From the NCBI GenBank assembly GCA_963693365.1, contig CAVNZM010000005.1:992001-1056000 (forward strand): 64,000 bases of DNA, written 5' to 3'. This document shows, piece after piece, positions 1-13,278 of the stretch (position 1 is its first letter; each line of letters begins with the position of its first letter). The position numbers and the translations under genes were made by a program. The notes under the pieces are model-generated. The model was not told the origin of the DNA, did no database searches, and worked only from the letters and a program-made list of their open reading frames with translations. The stretch comes from Amoebidium appalachense. Its lineage: Eukaryota; Protista; Ichthyosporea.

Positions 1-353
1 TTTGTGGATCTAAACTTCTAATGGCATCCATCGGTGCAAACGGAAGCAGGTGCCAGTGGAAAGGGGTTTGAGGGTAGAGGTGAGGGTTGGGGCATGGGAG
101 GGAGACAGGCAAGCACGGCGAATGCCAGACGACGAGTGAGAGGAGGGATCACGTACAGGAAGAAGAACATTCATGCTTGGTTGGGGGGGAGGGGTAGGGT
201 GGGGAGGGGGGGGGAGGGGGGGGGGGGGGGGGGTAAGGGACACAGAGACACACAGACATGAGAAAGGGGGAACGGGGGGGGGGGGGGGGGGGGGGGAAGG
301 GGGAGAGAGAGAGACAGAGAGAGGGACGGCGGGAGGGGGGGAGGGGGGGGGGG

Positions 354-780
354 TTGAATGCGGAACATGGTACGAAGTACGCATACACGAAGGACACATG
401 CAAAGGCAAACATTCAAGTATGCAACATAGCAATGCGCACAGTATGCGTCATAAGCAGAGCCCATCCTCAGGGAGGGCCCAAGTTATCAATTGCGTCTGA
501 GCTTCGACCCCTTAGGCCGCGTATATACGACTCTCCAACTCAGACAGCAGCATCAAGTGAACTTGGGAGGGTCAACCCGTCTTGATCAAAGACGAGCAGG
601 GTTGCTTATGCAAGCAAGGTGAGCAAAACGGTGAATATGTGTATGCAAACTAATGCAGTGCAGCGAAAAATGCGTATGTGCTTACAGATGCACGACACAG
701 AGCAACCATGCCCGGTTGCATGGAAGTAAAGCGGTCTCCACACAGTGGTCTGTCCTGAAAGGACACCTCTGACAGAAGAC
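354..780 (-). mobile_element. Poly-C-anchored structured-RNA retroposon, subfamily A (copy 1), in rhodanese intron
   Basis: Reverse complement of 354-663 is near-identical to 54792-55118. It ends in ...gttccgcattcaa followed by a C-run on the minus strand. Structured core is 450-611. The extension 664-780 is hairpin-rich and ends at the next G-run, so the 5' boundary is uncertain. Confidence 0.8.
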
Positions 781-928
781 TGGGGGGGTTTGAAAGGGGG
801 GGGGGGGGGGGGGGGGGAAGCGAGAGAGAGCGAGAGAGTGAGAGAGCGAGAGAGAGAGAGAGAGGGAGACAGAGAGACAAGGGGGGCAGATTTAAAAGGG
901 ACGGACGACATGCAGCGAGACAGGTAAG

Positions 929-959
<31 letters not shown>

Positions 960-1020
960 TTCTTCCCCCCCCCGGGGGGCGCTTGGGGGCTACCAACTAC
1001 TGCTACCAAATGTCACCCAC

Positions 1021-2159
1021 CTATGGTGCAGTATGGAACTATTTTGGCGCCCTTGAAGCCGTCTTTTTCTTTTGTGAAATCGTCGAGCGCTTTTGCTCCT
1101 GGTATAATAGAAATAACCCGCTCTGCCTCGTCTCTGCAGTCTATAAGTACCACGGTATGTCCTGGGTGGAGGGGAAACACATAAAGGAAAAGGAGTTAGA
1201 GAGAGGCAGGGTGTGTAAGAATTTCTTGTTAGAACACAATGTGCATGTATTTACATGCACAATAACAGAGTCGGAGAGTAACAGGATGAAGAGGGACCTG
1301 TACTGTGCAAGTCTTAGTGTCCACTAGGTATTATACAGGCAAGGAGACGGCCAGAGCAATGGGAAAGTGGGGTCTGTGTGTGTGCGAGAGAGAGTGTGTG
1401 TGTGTTGCGAGGGAGGGGGGGAAGGGGGGGGAGGGGGAGGGGGGCATAAGTGTGTGTGTGTATTTTTGGGGGGGGGGGGGGGAGGGGGGAGGGGGGGGGG
1501 GGGGGGGGGGCACGTAAGTGTGTGAGTGGTGATTTGGGGGGGAGGGGAGGTGGGGAGGGGGAGGTGGGGTTGCGCGCAGGGGGAGGGGAGGGGGGGGGGG
1601 GGGGGGGGGGGGGAGCTGAGTATAGTAATAGAAGAGGAAAAATGACCCAATAAGCTGTGAATGCTGGCGTCTATATGAGTACAGAGAGGGGCGAAGGGGG
1701 TAATGCGAGGGAGAGGGCTGAGGAGGGAGGAAGGAGGGAGAGAAAGAGAGAGAGAGATGGAGGGAGGAATGGGGAAGCAGGGGGACCGGGGGGGGGGGGG
1801 GGGGAGGGGGAGAAGAGAGAGACAGCGGGAGACATGAGAGATAAAAGACAGAGAGAGAGACAAACAGAGAGAGACAGATAGAGAGAGAAGAGAAAGGGTG
1901 GGGGGGGGGGGGGGGGGGGGCAGAAAGAGGGAGAAGGGGGGGGGGAGAAGGGGGGGGGAGGGCGGGCGGGAGAGAGAGAGAGAGGGGGGGCGATGGCCGG
2001 AGGGAAGTGTGTGTATGTGTATGTGCGTGTCAATGTGAGTTATAAGTACACACCTTCAGCCATCCACTGCTGTATATCCTTCATGCTAGCGGTGGAAACT
2101 TCAGGAAACATGTCTGCATACTTCCTAAACACCGCTCGGGCAACTTCGGGTTGAGCCAT
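1021..2159 (-). CDS. Rhodanese-like (sulfurtransferase) domain protein; 3' exons probably lie beyond the window start
   Basis: Exons 2159-2054 (MAQPEVARAVFRKYADMFPEVSTASMKDIQQWMAE) and 1161-1021 (GHTVVLIDCRDEAERVISIIPGA...KIVPYCTIG) join by a phase-1 GT-AG intron. Rhodanese motifs LIDCR, IPGA and the active-site YC are present. Confidence 0.8.
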
Positions 2160-2378
2160 GATGATCTGTGTGTAATTATAAGAAATTACGGTTACTTCTC
2201 CTTTTCTGCTCAGCAAAACAAAAGAGAGAGCTGCTGTACCTAGCAATTTTCTATCTCTTGAACTGTTTGCTGACCGTATCTCCCCTCTCAATAGTGAGTG
2301 GGATATGTGCACACAAGAAGCACACACAACCTCTGACACAGCCGAACGGCGAACGGCAGAGGGGCCGTTTCTTCAGTT

Positions 2379-2860
2379 TTTGGCGCGGCCCGCCCAACGG
2401 TCAGCATTAATTTAGTTTGCTTCGCTTGACAGCAGTAAATCTTTCCTTGCCTGGGCTATCTTATGCAGATAACATTAGAGACATATGTAGACTAGAGTAT
2501 TATAGAATTATTTATTTCATATTAATAAGTATTTTCAATTTTTTTGGAAATATAATATTTGTAAAGTGGTAAAAACAAATTAAATATAGAAATCATGGCC
2601 ACTACCCTTTCTGAGGTAAATTTGTCCTCTGCCAAGGCAAATTATTGCTTTAAAACTATCAAACTCATCTAATTCGTCATTAGAAGTCAGTATTTATTAG
2701 TTATAAAAACATAGCATTTAAATATTTTATAAATTCTCTAATATCATCACCTACACTTATTAGCGATGCGTCATAGCAAAGCAGATAACTCTGCGCGCAC
2801 GGCGGTTGGCTGGCCAAAGCGCAAGCACATTGGCCGGCCGCCAACCGACCATCCATTTCC
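2379..2860. promoter_or_regulatory. Putative divergent promoter region between rhodanese and NF-YC
   Basis: Genes are head-to-head. E2F-like TTTGGCGC at 2379-2386 and ATTGG/CCAA boxes near 2805-2845. Motif matches only. Confidence 0.35.
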
Positions 2861-3850
2861 CGTTTAGACCGTTTGAAGTCTTTTTGTTGGTCCGAAAACA
2901 GCCAACCAGAAAACTAACCACTCCGCGCGAAGCAGGTACGAAGCTCGAAGGTTTGAAAAACAAACCAAACACAACCGTTGTAAGAGTGCAGGGGCGGGGG
3001 AAGAAGGTGAGGGACAAAGAAGAGAAGTGGGACGCCGTTTGTGTATGACTTATTTGAGAGGGCAAAGTCAAGTGATTACTTATGCGGTAGTGAATAGCTT
3101 CGACGTTCGCTACTCTTTTCCCAACGGTTTGAGCACTTAGGTTTTTTTCATTTCAGTTGTTGGCGGAAAGCTGACGTTTCATGGTATTTAACGTGCAGCT
3201 TATATACAAACAGAGTTTCTATTACAGTCAGCTTTCAACAAGTAGTAGCAAAGGTTTTTGGGAGAGGTTTTTGTGCAAGCACAATCTTGTGAAAGCATCT
3301 GCCGAAGGGCTGTGAGGCTGAAAAGGTGCACGTGTACGTGTTTATTCTGTCTGCAAGTAGTGCCCACCTGCTGTTGGTGTTCTTTGCCTTTAAGCTTCAA
3401 TTCCTTTCTGGTTGTTCGCCTACTACCTGCTTTGAAACCCTTTGATACTGTGCCACATGGCGAGGGTAGAGTAGAGGCAGAATTTTTTTGTGTTTTGCTT
3501 TCCCAGGGTCTTTGAAAGGAAAAGGACAAAGCAAAGATTAGGTAGGAGTGTTTACTCAGGGCAGTTTCCTATGGCCATGCTCGTTTAGGTTCTGTTGTGT
3601 TCTCGCTCCGTAGAGCCATGAGGACACTTTATATGGCAATGTTTATCCTTCTGGCATCAAGTTTGCACGAGAGCACGTTTAGCTCTACAATTACTCCCAT
3701 TGGTGTTTTCTGGTGTGCACGGGCAGCAATTTTTTTTGCCTTTTCCCTGCTGTTAGCTTTTTCATCTCCCACTTTTCTGCTATACCATAAACGATTTTTT
3801 ATCCTGTTAATTCATGTTTATCTTTTTGCAGTTTTTATCCAAACAGCAAC

Positions 3851-4696
3851 ATGGATCAAGCAGCACAACAGATGGCAGCTGCCCAGGCGGCAGCAGCAGC
3901 ACAGATGAACCCGCAGGCCATACAGAACCAGCAGGCAGCCCAGCTGCACCACTTCTGGCAGCAGACACTCAACGACATACGGCAGGGCAGCAACTTCAAG
4001 GAGCAGATCCTGCCTCTGGCCCGTATCAAGAAGATTATGAAGATGGATGACGACGTAAAGGTGGGCTTCACTTGGCGTGGAAAGAAACTCTGCCTTGGCA
4101 GCTATAGACACGTTTACATAGTGCTCTAGCGCTTCTCAGTTCCTCCTCGAGCTTTTTCCCCCCCTGGTACATCTTACCTGGTGCCTTTCGTTTTGTCCCC
4201 TTCCACCCCCCACAACACACACACACACACACACACACATGAGTTTGACTTGTCGACTCGACCTTCAGCGGCCACGTGCTTACAGCCAATGACCCCCATG
4301 TTTCTGCAGATGATTTCCCAGGAGGCGTTGGTGCTGTTTGCCAAGGCGCTGGAGATTTTCATCTGCGAGCTGTCTCTGCGCGCATGGAGCCACACGGAGG
4401 AGAACAAGCGGCGTACCATGCAGCGCAACGACATTGCCATGGCCGTGTCCCGTTGCGACACGTTCGATTTCCTCATTGACATTGTGCCCCGTGACGACCT
4501 CAAGGCCACAAGGAGGCCGGACGAGGACATTCGGCCCATGGTCATGCCCCCCGACCAGATGTACTACTACCAGTATGGCGGTGCCGCTGGGTTCCCCGGT
4601 ATGCAGATGCAGGGGGCAGGGGCGGGTATGCCTGCGGCTGACTTCCAGCAACAGCAACTGCTGGGGCAGTACGGCCAGCAGGGTTATGGCATGTAA
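3851..4696 (+). CDS. NFYC: Nuclear transcription factor Y subunit C (histone fold, HAP5-like)
   Basis: Exons 3851-4060 and 4310-4696 give [17 protein letters not shown]|[61 protein letters not shown], the NF-YC signature, followed by a Q/G-rich tail. Confidence 0.95.
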
Positions 4697-4960
4697 GGGC
4701 GGGGGGTAGAGGTAGAGGTGTAGGGCAAGGATAGTAAAGGGCGGTTGGTGCTTTTCAGCACCCCGCTAGTAACGTAAATGACTGAATATATGGATTGTTG
4801 TACCGGGGTACATGGTTTTTTCGAAGTGAAAGGGCAGGTTTCCCCTTTTTTCTATAATTATGAATTAGGCTGCCTGATGCCTGTTCCTACCTGGGGTGGC
4901 ACAGCGCAGCGCCAGCAAGCAAATACACAAACTTGACTCATTCGTGCATGTTTGGTGGCC

Positions 4961-4991
<31 letters not shown>

Positions 4992-5534
4992 ACACAAACA
5001 AACAAACCACACATGTTCTTTTCCCTTGGGTTCCTAGCAATCCTCCAGTCCACACAACTGCTTCTGCTGCCTGCTATGTATGATACATGGTTCTGAACCA
5101 GCCTTGTTCATTGGTTCACCCAGCCAGGCAACCACCATGTTTCCGTGCAGCACACCTGGCCCCACACGTAGCATTCTGTCATTGTGTTTGCTGTTTGCAT
5201 GTATCTTATGCATGGATGGGTGCTCTTGTGCTCTGCACTTTGATATCCCCCCCCCCCCCCCCCCCCCCCGCCAAACACACACACACACGCACAAACCTTG
5301 TATTGCCTTTCCCGTTCAGTCATTGCGGCCACCTGCCCCAGTACTGCATATGAAATGATGTGCTTACCCAGCACACTGACAACTTTCTACAACGCTATAC
5401 GTAGCTGCACACTTCGCCAATGAGAATTTGTCACCGCTGCCCGTCAAATCGATCCTGGGCACACGAGTATTCGTCCCTCCCCCCCTCTTCTCTACACACG
5501 CACGTGCACACTGCCACTGCCCGTTATCCCCCCT

Positions 5535-5574
<40 letters not shown>

Positions 5575-5646
5575 ACCACCCTCACACACACTGACGCTGC
5601 CCGCCTATAATCTTGCAAGTGGCACGCGATTTATCCTACCCTCCCC

Positions 5647-5677
<31 letters not shown>

Positions 5678-6178
5678 ACACACACAGAGATATGGGGTGA
5701 ATCTCTGTAGACGATATTGATATGATAATGCCTGTAGCACTTAATTTATTTTTATTACACCTGCCAGTTGGGTTCTTTATCATGAACTACATATCACTAC
5801 CCATACGGTCCTGGTTTTCATAGCTATAGTGTCTCCTGCCCGGATGTGAAAGATCCGTGTGGGGGGCGGTTTACAGGAAGATGCTTATCTCGGTGCAGTC
5901 TCTAATTTACATTCATGCAGGGCCGAGTGATGGGCAGTTTTATTGCGTGGTCATATCTCCCATTCCATATGATATCCGTCTTACTATATTGACTTTCAGA
6001 GATCACCTGGTGCCTTGATTCCTTATCTACCGTCGCTAGCCCATGCCTACCTATAACTCATATTTATAATTTTGGATGTTTATGCTGCCTTAGTCTTGCT
6101 TACCATGTACATAAATCACTGGCTACATCTGATTGGCTGTGCTGGGAAAGCACAGTATGCCAGAATGTGTGTGCGTGT

Positions 6179-6216
<38 letters not shown>

Positions 6217-6400
6217 ATGCGTGGGTGCGTGCATGTGTGCGTGCGGCGTGCGTGTACGTGTGCGTGTGTGCGTGTGCTTGTGCATGCCCGCTTGCGGGTA
6301 TGTGGTTATGTCTATTTGTGTGAGACGGTGGGTATGCATACATGCGACTAAGTGCCTATTTCCCCCCAACCTACTCTATGCATAAAATCAACTATTAGTA

Positions 6401-7611
6401 TTACAAACCCGACCGTTCCCTCTGTACCAACTCCTGATGCACCGATTTGGCCTGCACTGATTGGAGCCCATCCCCGCCAGCCAATCCGATCCTTGCATTT
6501 CGAGCTACCCCATTGGTCGCTACTCCGTCGGCATCAAATGCGTCAGTACTATGGGGTCTCCCCATACTCCCTAGAGACCCCGGCCCACGGCTTCTCGTTG
6601 TGTTGAATTTCTTGGATTTTCCGGTACCAATACCCGACGCTAGAAGGACTTTGTATGCGACACCCAATGAAACAGTGACCATAGCACCAAATAGGGCTAT
6701 TCCGATGACCAATAGCTGTTTGGCGGGGTTGTCTTCCTTGTAGGTGATTGGCACAACGACAATTACGATTAAGGCCAACACATACGCAGTGCTCCCGATA
6801 ATAACTGTTTCTTTATAATCGCTCGGTATTTTCCGCATAAACACTGTTAGAATGCACGTAGCAATAACCAAACACCCATTAAAGGCAAACAGGGCAGCTA
6901 TTGCCGCAACTCCCTCGACAGTGTACTTGTTTATGTACACACTCGTGGGGATTTTACCATATATGTCCATGTTGGCGATGTTATTTATAGACGGGGTGAC
7001 GAGGTATTTGAGGCCCACTTTAATGGGCGAGAATACGGTAGCCAATCCGAGAAGCAAGACCTCGATGAAAATAACGAGGATGACCAATCGGATCAGGCGG
7101 TTGTTTTCAAGGTTTTGTGACTTGACGCAGCGCTTGCTGTTAGTGAAGATCACGTGGATTCTGGGGGGATTTGAGTCAGTGCCCTCCTGCCTCCCAATGC
7201 ACACCCTGTGCTTGTAACCCCTCCCCCCTCCCCCTCCCCATCCCCCTCCCTGCCCCTCCCCTCCCTGCCCCCCCTCCCCCCCCCCCCCCCCCCCCCGGTG
7301 CTCCTAATTCCCCCCTCCTTCCCCTCGGGTGTTTATAACCCCCCCTTCCCCCCCTTCCCCTTCCGCCGGCCAGTTGCGATAATAATCCCCCCCAATCCTC
7401 CTTCACCCGTCCCCTGGGCTCATTATCCCCCCCCCCCCCTGGTGCTTCTAGCCCTCCCCCTCCCCTTCTCTCTCCACCATCCCCCCCTCCCCCCCCCCCC
7501 CCCCCTCTCTCCGGTGCTGATAAACCTCAACCTGTTCTTACAGCCTTCCTCGCAGGCGCGCACACACACGCACACACAAGTGCACGCACACACAAACACA
7601 CACACGCGCGT

Positions 7612-7657
<46 letters not shown>

Positions 7658-8815
7658 GCACGCACACACACACACACACACATAGGCAAGACAATATCTC
7701 CTCTAAATGAAGCCCCCCCCCCCTCCTCCTCCTCCTCCCCTCATCCCCCCCCCCCCACACACATATGCACACACAAATCTCCTCCTACACCCCCCCCCCC
7801 CCCTCCCCCCCCCCCCCTGGGGGGCCATCAATCCACACACTTACCAGGCACAGCACCAGTACCCATCCAAAAATCAAACAGAACAGATAACCCTCCCAAA
7901 AAAGGAAACACGGAAAATGGCCAGTCACGTGGAGGAAGGGAAAGAGGAGGCCAGTTCTCCTTTCCTTGTAGTGGTGGTTACAGGGGGGAGCTGGGGGAAG
8001 GGTGGGCAGGCAGGGGGGGGGGGGGGGGGGGGAGGGGGGGAGGAGGGGGAGGGGGAGGAGGGGAAGGGAAGGGGGGGGGGAGGGGAGGGGGCGGGGGGGA
8101 GAGGGGAGGGGGGTCCTGGGGGGTGGGGGATCCAACTCACCTGTAGAGTTTTGCAAATAGACTGCTGAAGATTAGACCCCACCCCAGCATTCCGATCCAC
8201 AGAGCAAGGGTCAATCGCCATTGGTGATATGCTCCCGATGGGGCACCGGGAAGCAACAAAATGCACATATAAACCATGGCCGTGCCTGCGAGGATTAATC
8301 CCGAAAACAGCGGACTTGCATTGCGAATAACCCTCTCCATTCTGTATTTCCATATAAACCCTCCGAGAACGATGCAAATTCCAACCCCGACCGAACCCAG
8401 GATATATAGCGTGCGTGCAGGTTTTGATCGGGAATACATAATCGGACATTCCAACCCAGTTTGGAACCCCACAACCGTACACTGATCTGGGGGGACACAA
8501 CTAGCGGTTTCATTGGCTCCGACCACCACCGCATACATTGTGTATGTGCCATCATCCTCCTTGCAGGGACCGGGAACAAACCCCACATCTGAAGGGGGGG
8601 TCTCGTGATTTAGGGTGCTGGCCAATGTGTGGCATAGATTTTCGAGCGAAAGGGCTATGTTGCCGCCCGCTGCTGCCTCTTGGATCAACCGTGTGTATGG
8701 TTTTTTCATTTGGACGTCGAAAAAATTGTGCGGGATTCCAAATGGCTCGTTGATTGGTGTGCTCTGTGGTGTATTGATTTGGTTGGGAAAAGGTAGGGAG
8801 CGGGGGAACGCAGGA

Positions 8816-8846
<31 letters not shown>

Positions 8847-9382
8847 TGTGTGTGTGTGTGTGGGGTGGGGGGTTAGGGGGGGGGTGTTATTGGGTAACTA
8901 AAACTGCAATAAAGAGAAGAAGTCAAAAAGGGCTGGACATTAGATTCCCGGCATGAAGGTGGAAAGGTTGACAGATCATCGCGGCAGCTGGTGGGGGGAA
9001 ATATCGGGGCCAGACGGGAGAGGATGGAGAAAAGGGGGGAGGGGGGGGGGGGAGGGGGGGGAAGGGGGGAAGGGGGGAAGGGGGGGGGGGGGGGGGGAGG
9101 GGGGAGTCTGAAATAAATGGTGTAAAACTCAAAAAACCCAAAGTGGAACGGCTGTGCTATCTCCATATGGTGCAAATGCAGGGGGGGGGGGGGGGGGGGG
9201 GGGGAGAGGGGGGAGGGGGGGGGGGGGGGGGATATCCTAATTTGTTCACCCCCAAAAAAAGAGATGAATGTTAGAAGCAATCGATAGGTATGGTTCACGT
9301 AACATGCAAGATATTTCTTACTGAACCCCACCCATCCGGCCTCCCCTTACAATACCCCGCTTCCCCCCTTCCCCTCTCCCTC

Positions 9383-9421
<39 letters not shown>

Positions 9422-11681
9422 CGCCCTCCCCACTTCCCACCCCTCCTGATCTCCCATCCCAACCAACTCTGGCATCTTCCCCTTGAGCCCCCATTCCGGG
9501 GGGGGGGGGAGGGGGGGGGGCCACATACCCACAGTGCTGCCAAAAAACGCTCAGGCACAAAGAAGGAGGAATCATGGCTGCTCCAATAGGTGGATCCAAG
9601 ACGGCTGGTGGGGTCAAAAAGCGTTTTGATTGGAGGAATACCACGGGACCACAGCGCCAATGACGTCATATACTCTTTTCCGTGAGATCCGATTGTTGCA
9701 GCAAACCGTGTGGCGTAAATTTTCTTTGCACCAAATTTGGTAATGGACACAGCGATCCCAGTAACTGCATCCAGCCCATGTGGCGGGATCATGGGTTTGA
9801 GATCCGATCCCTTGTAAACGGGAAAATGCTCTCCCACAAGAGCGAACCCTAGGTGCTGCATCTGCCTATCCCCTTCGGTTTGCAAGACAGCATCACCTGC
9901 TTTTAGTATATGAGCCCATCGGTTTTTCATGTTATTTCTTACCGATTCGGCCTCAGCACATATGGGAAAGTCGTAAAGAGGCTTCGCACCGTCTCCCCAC
10001 GTGTTTGCGTAAATTGGTGCAAACGGTATCTCATCAGAAAGCGAAGTAGCCAATAGAAAGTCGTCATCAAACCCAGGGCGGTAGAAAAATGACGATTGGT
10101 TAAATCTATCCTTAATCTGCTTCGCTTTGAATATAATATCGTCCCAGGACCACGGTTTAGGCGATGCGATCGCACTGTCGGTAATCGGGTATGTAGGGGG
10201 TGCCTCTAATCCCAATGTAGAAAAGGTTGATGTGTTGTAGAGAAGAATCCGTGGGTAGGCCACAAGTGGAAGACCAAAAAGCCCTGGACGATCCGCTCTG
10301 CGTCAGCAAATCACGACATGTAAGTACATCTATACATGTATAGACACATTGCAACATGTAAGAAGGTTTAGGTTAGTAGGAAAGACAAACATTGCTTAGT
10401 CTATAATGCAAAGTGTACAGTGTCAAAGGAGTTGAAACAAAGTGCAGCATGGAAGCACATCTCAGTAGTCATAGCATTTTCACGTAAACGTCCATACCCA
10501 CCCAGTTTACATGGCATGAGATTATGGAAAATCCATCCATCGATAAATACGCACATTAATCACAGTCGATTATGTGCGTTGACCCAACACAGTGTGGGTG
10601 GGCAAAGGGGGCGCGGGAGGGAGGGGGGAAGGGAGGGAGAGGGGGGTGGGAGGGGGGGGGGGGGAGGGAGGGGGGAGGGGGAAGGTGGTTAGGTTTACGT
10701 TGGTGGGAGGTCAGTCCCCCGGGAGGATAGGGTGGGGAGGGGAGTCCGCAAGGGAATGAGGGACGGCCCTAATCGTTTTTTTTTTTTTTTTTTTTTTTTT
10801 TGGGGGGATGGGGGGGGGGAGATGGGAAGGCGGGGGAGTGCGAGAGGAGGAGAAAGGGGTTACCTCAGCTGCGCATCAAGTGCCTCGAATATTCCCTCCT
10901 CAAACCATCGCCCCTCCCCCACCTCCATCCACCCAAGCTGGTCCGATATGGGCACCAACACACCGCTATCTGCCAAATCTCCCACGCCCATACTAGGAAG
11001 GATTAGAATGTCCGGCTCCCCCTGAATGATCCCTGTAGCGTTATTAAGGGCATCCGCACCGACTGGATATATCTCGATGTCGAAGGAGTCATAGCGGTGT
11101 GTGAAGTATGCATGTTGTAGCTGCTCCATTATTTCCATATATGGTCCAAAGTCGTACTTCCCTGTGCTGCCACGACACACTGTTTCCATGGCGGCCTTGA
11201 CGATTTCGCTAATGCCTTGCTCATGTTGGGGCCTGGAATCATAGACCGTCCATACTTTCAAAGTATCTTCCGGTTCTCTTCCAGCAGCCGTTTTATTCTC
11301 GGCTGTTATGGAAGTGACTATATAGTATAAGGGCACCTCTGCCTCAACATCACTCGACATGGGTCTGTTCAATTCATACACATCACCATGGTCTCCATTT
11401 CCCATGAGCGTCCCATTCCGATTAACCCCGTAGACGTTGACAGCCAGATTACCACAACAACCAACCGCTTTAACGTCTGCTAATGTGCTGTTTCCGTTTC
11501 CACTACAAAGGTATTGTGCATGTTGTCTCCAATCTAGTTGTCCGGGTGAGTGATGGTCCAACCATAGTGTCTCATTCACGCTAGGTCCTATGTAAGTGCG
11601 TTGGATGCGAAAGGCATCGGTAATGCCACAGGCCATAAACCCAATCAAAGAGGCCACATATGACCAGGTTAGTTTATTCAT
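6401..11681 (-). CDS. Class C (GABA-B/Grl-like) 7TM receptor with a solute-binding-protein-like ectodomain; multi-exon
   Basis: Signal peptide [14 protein letters not shown]. Exon blocks ~11681-10864, ~10300-9529, ~8763-8141 and ~7160-6401. 7tm_3 motifs [25 protein letters not shown]|IHVIF and [10 protein letters not shown]. Ectodomain motif [22 protein letters not shown]...WSWDDI resembles sugar-binding SBP family 1. Internal small exons are uncertain. Confidence 0.8.
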
Positions 11682-13278
11682 TCTCAACAGCTTTTAATAT
11701 TTCAGTCCGTGTTTTCAAATGCCATCCTCGCCATGGGCATGGCATGTGTGTGATGTGGCTTTACAATGGCAAGATGTAGGTGCAACAAGCACGCCAGCGC
11801 TTTCATTCGTGTCAGACATAGCTATATTACTGTTCTTAGGTAGGTTCTAATGTAAGCAGTATTGCCTACATAATTTTTGCGAACCTCGCTTCGTTTTGTG
11901 TGAATCCTCGCTGTCGGCTCTTTATGCACAGACGTCGCGATCGTTATTTGGGCTTGATCATAATGGGCCGACACCGTATCACGGTATCTTGGGCGGTGCT
12001 CTTTGGGAGTGTACGATATAGGTACCGATGCACGTTCCGTCACCGTGTACATAGCAGAAGGTGTATGCAATAATATGCACGAGGAAGCTATAAATAGCGC
12101 ACATATTCCACACGTGCACACACAGCCACGTGTGTGCACGAAGCCGCCAGGTGCGGAGCTGCTGGAGGAGCTGGTGCGTGGGTGCGTGTTTGTTTTCTGC
12201 CTGCCCCAAAAAGGCTATTACCAAACCGCAATGAAATGTGATTGGTTGCATCACTTGCATGGTTTGATTGGTTGAGCCGGCACCACAATCCGCCCCGCGT
12301 TTGTTGCGGGAAGTGAGAGTGGTTCTGGCCGCATATAGATCTTAAAAGGTTACAGATGAACACTATAAAAAGGCTTATTTACATCCTCTAGCTGTCTGAG
12401 AAAGGTTTGCTGTGCCTGTTCATTAGGAAACAGTAGTTGTACCTTGCTTGATCGAAATTCTCTGTTGATTGTATCATCCCCGGGATAGGCTGTAGCTGAA
12501 GGCTCCAGAGGTTATGATTGGCTAACAAAAATTAGGTCCACCCAATAGGCGGAAGTAGCACCCGCCACGGCTTCTGCCACAAATTCCTGCACTCCAGAAT
12601 CGGCGTTGACCCCTATGCAGAAAAATCGCTCTTCCTGACCTTTATGAAGCAGAACACTCAACTTTTTTAAACTTATAACGTATTTTCTGACATTTTCAAG
12701 CCGTACTTGTCGACTGGTATAAGAGAAAAGCTCAAAAAGCGGCCACATCATCAAGGACTTCGACGTCGCCCTGGTGCGGATCCATTTTCGAGCGGCAAGA
12801 ATATACAGCTGTCAAAAACGCTGTTGACCAATTGGAGCGTTTGAAGGCAGAAGGCTGCAGGCTTCGCCCGTCACAAAGTCGGTAGTCGGGACACTTTCTG
12901 ATAGTCGTACATTGGCGTGCGTTTCACCTAAAAAGCTTGGATAGAACCTGTTTTCATGACACATCTTTATTTAAGGGCTCTTGTTGCTATATCGAAGCTT
13001 AAGCTTCCTGTTTGGGGCCTGAAAAAGCGCTAAGTGAGTAATTTTACTGACTCGGGTAAATTTCCCACACGTATCTGATTGGCTTTAAATCATATACACA
13101 TTTTTACTTCATGATGATTGGCCTTTCAAAACTATATATGCCAACAGGGCGACGCACCGATCTTCACTCCACGCCGGCACTTGTGAGTGAGTTTTATTAT
13201 GTTTACACGGAACATCCATCCCAAGGAATAGAGTTCAAGGTTCGCAGCTGGCGCTGTGTGTTTCTACAGAATACTAGG

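Noticed and set aside
2410-2760. AT-rich islands (also ~12510-12790 and ~43130-43430) as MITEs
   Set aside because: The composition is suggestive, but I could not identify TIRs or TSDs.
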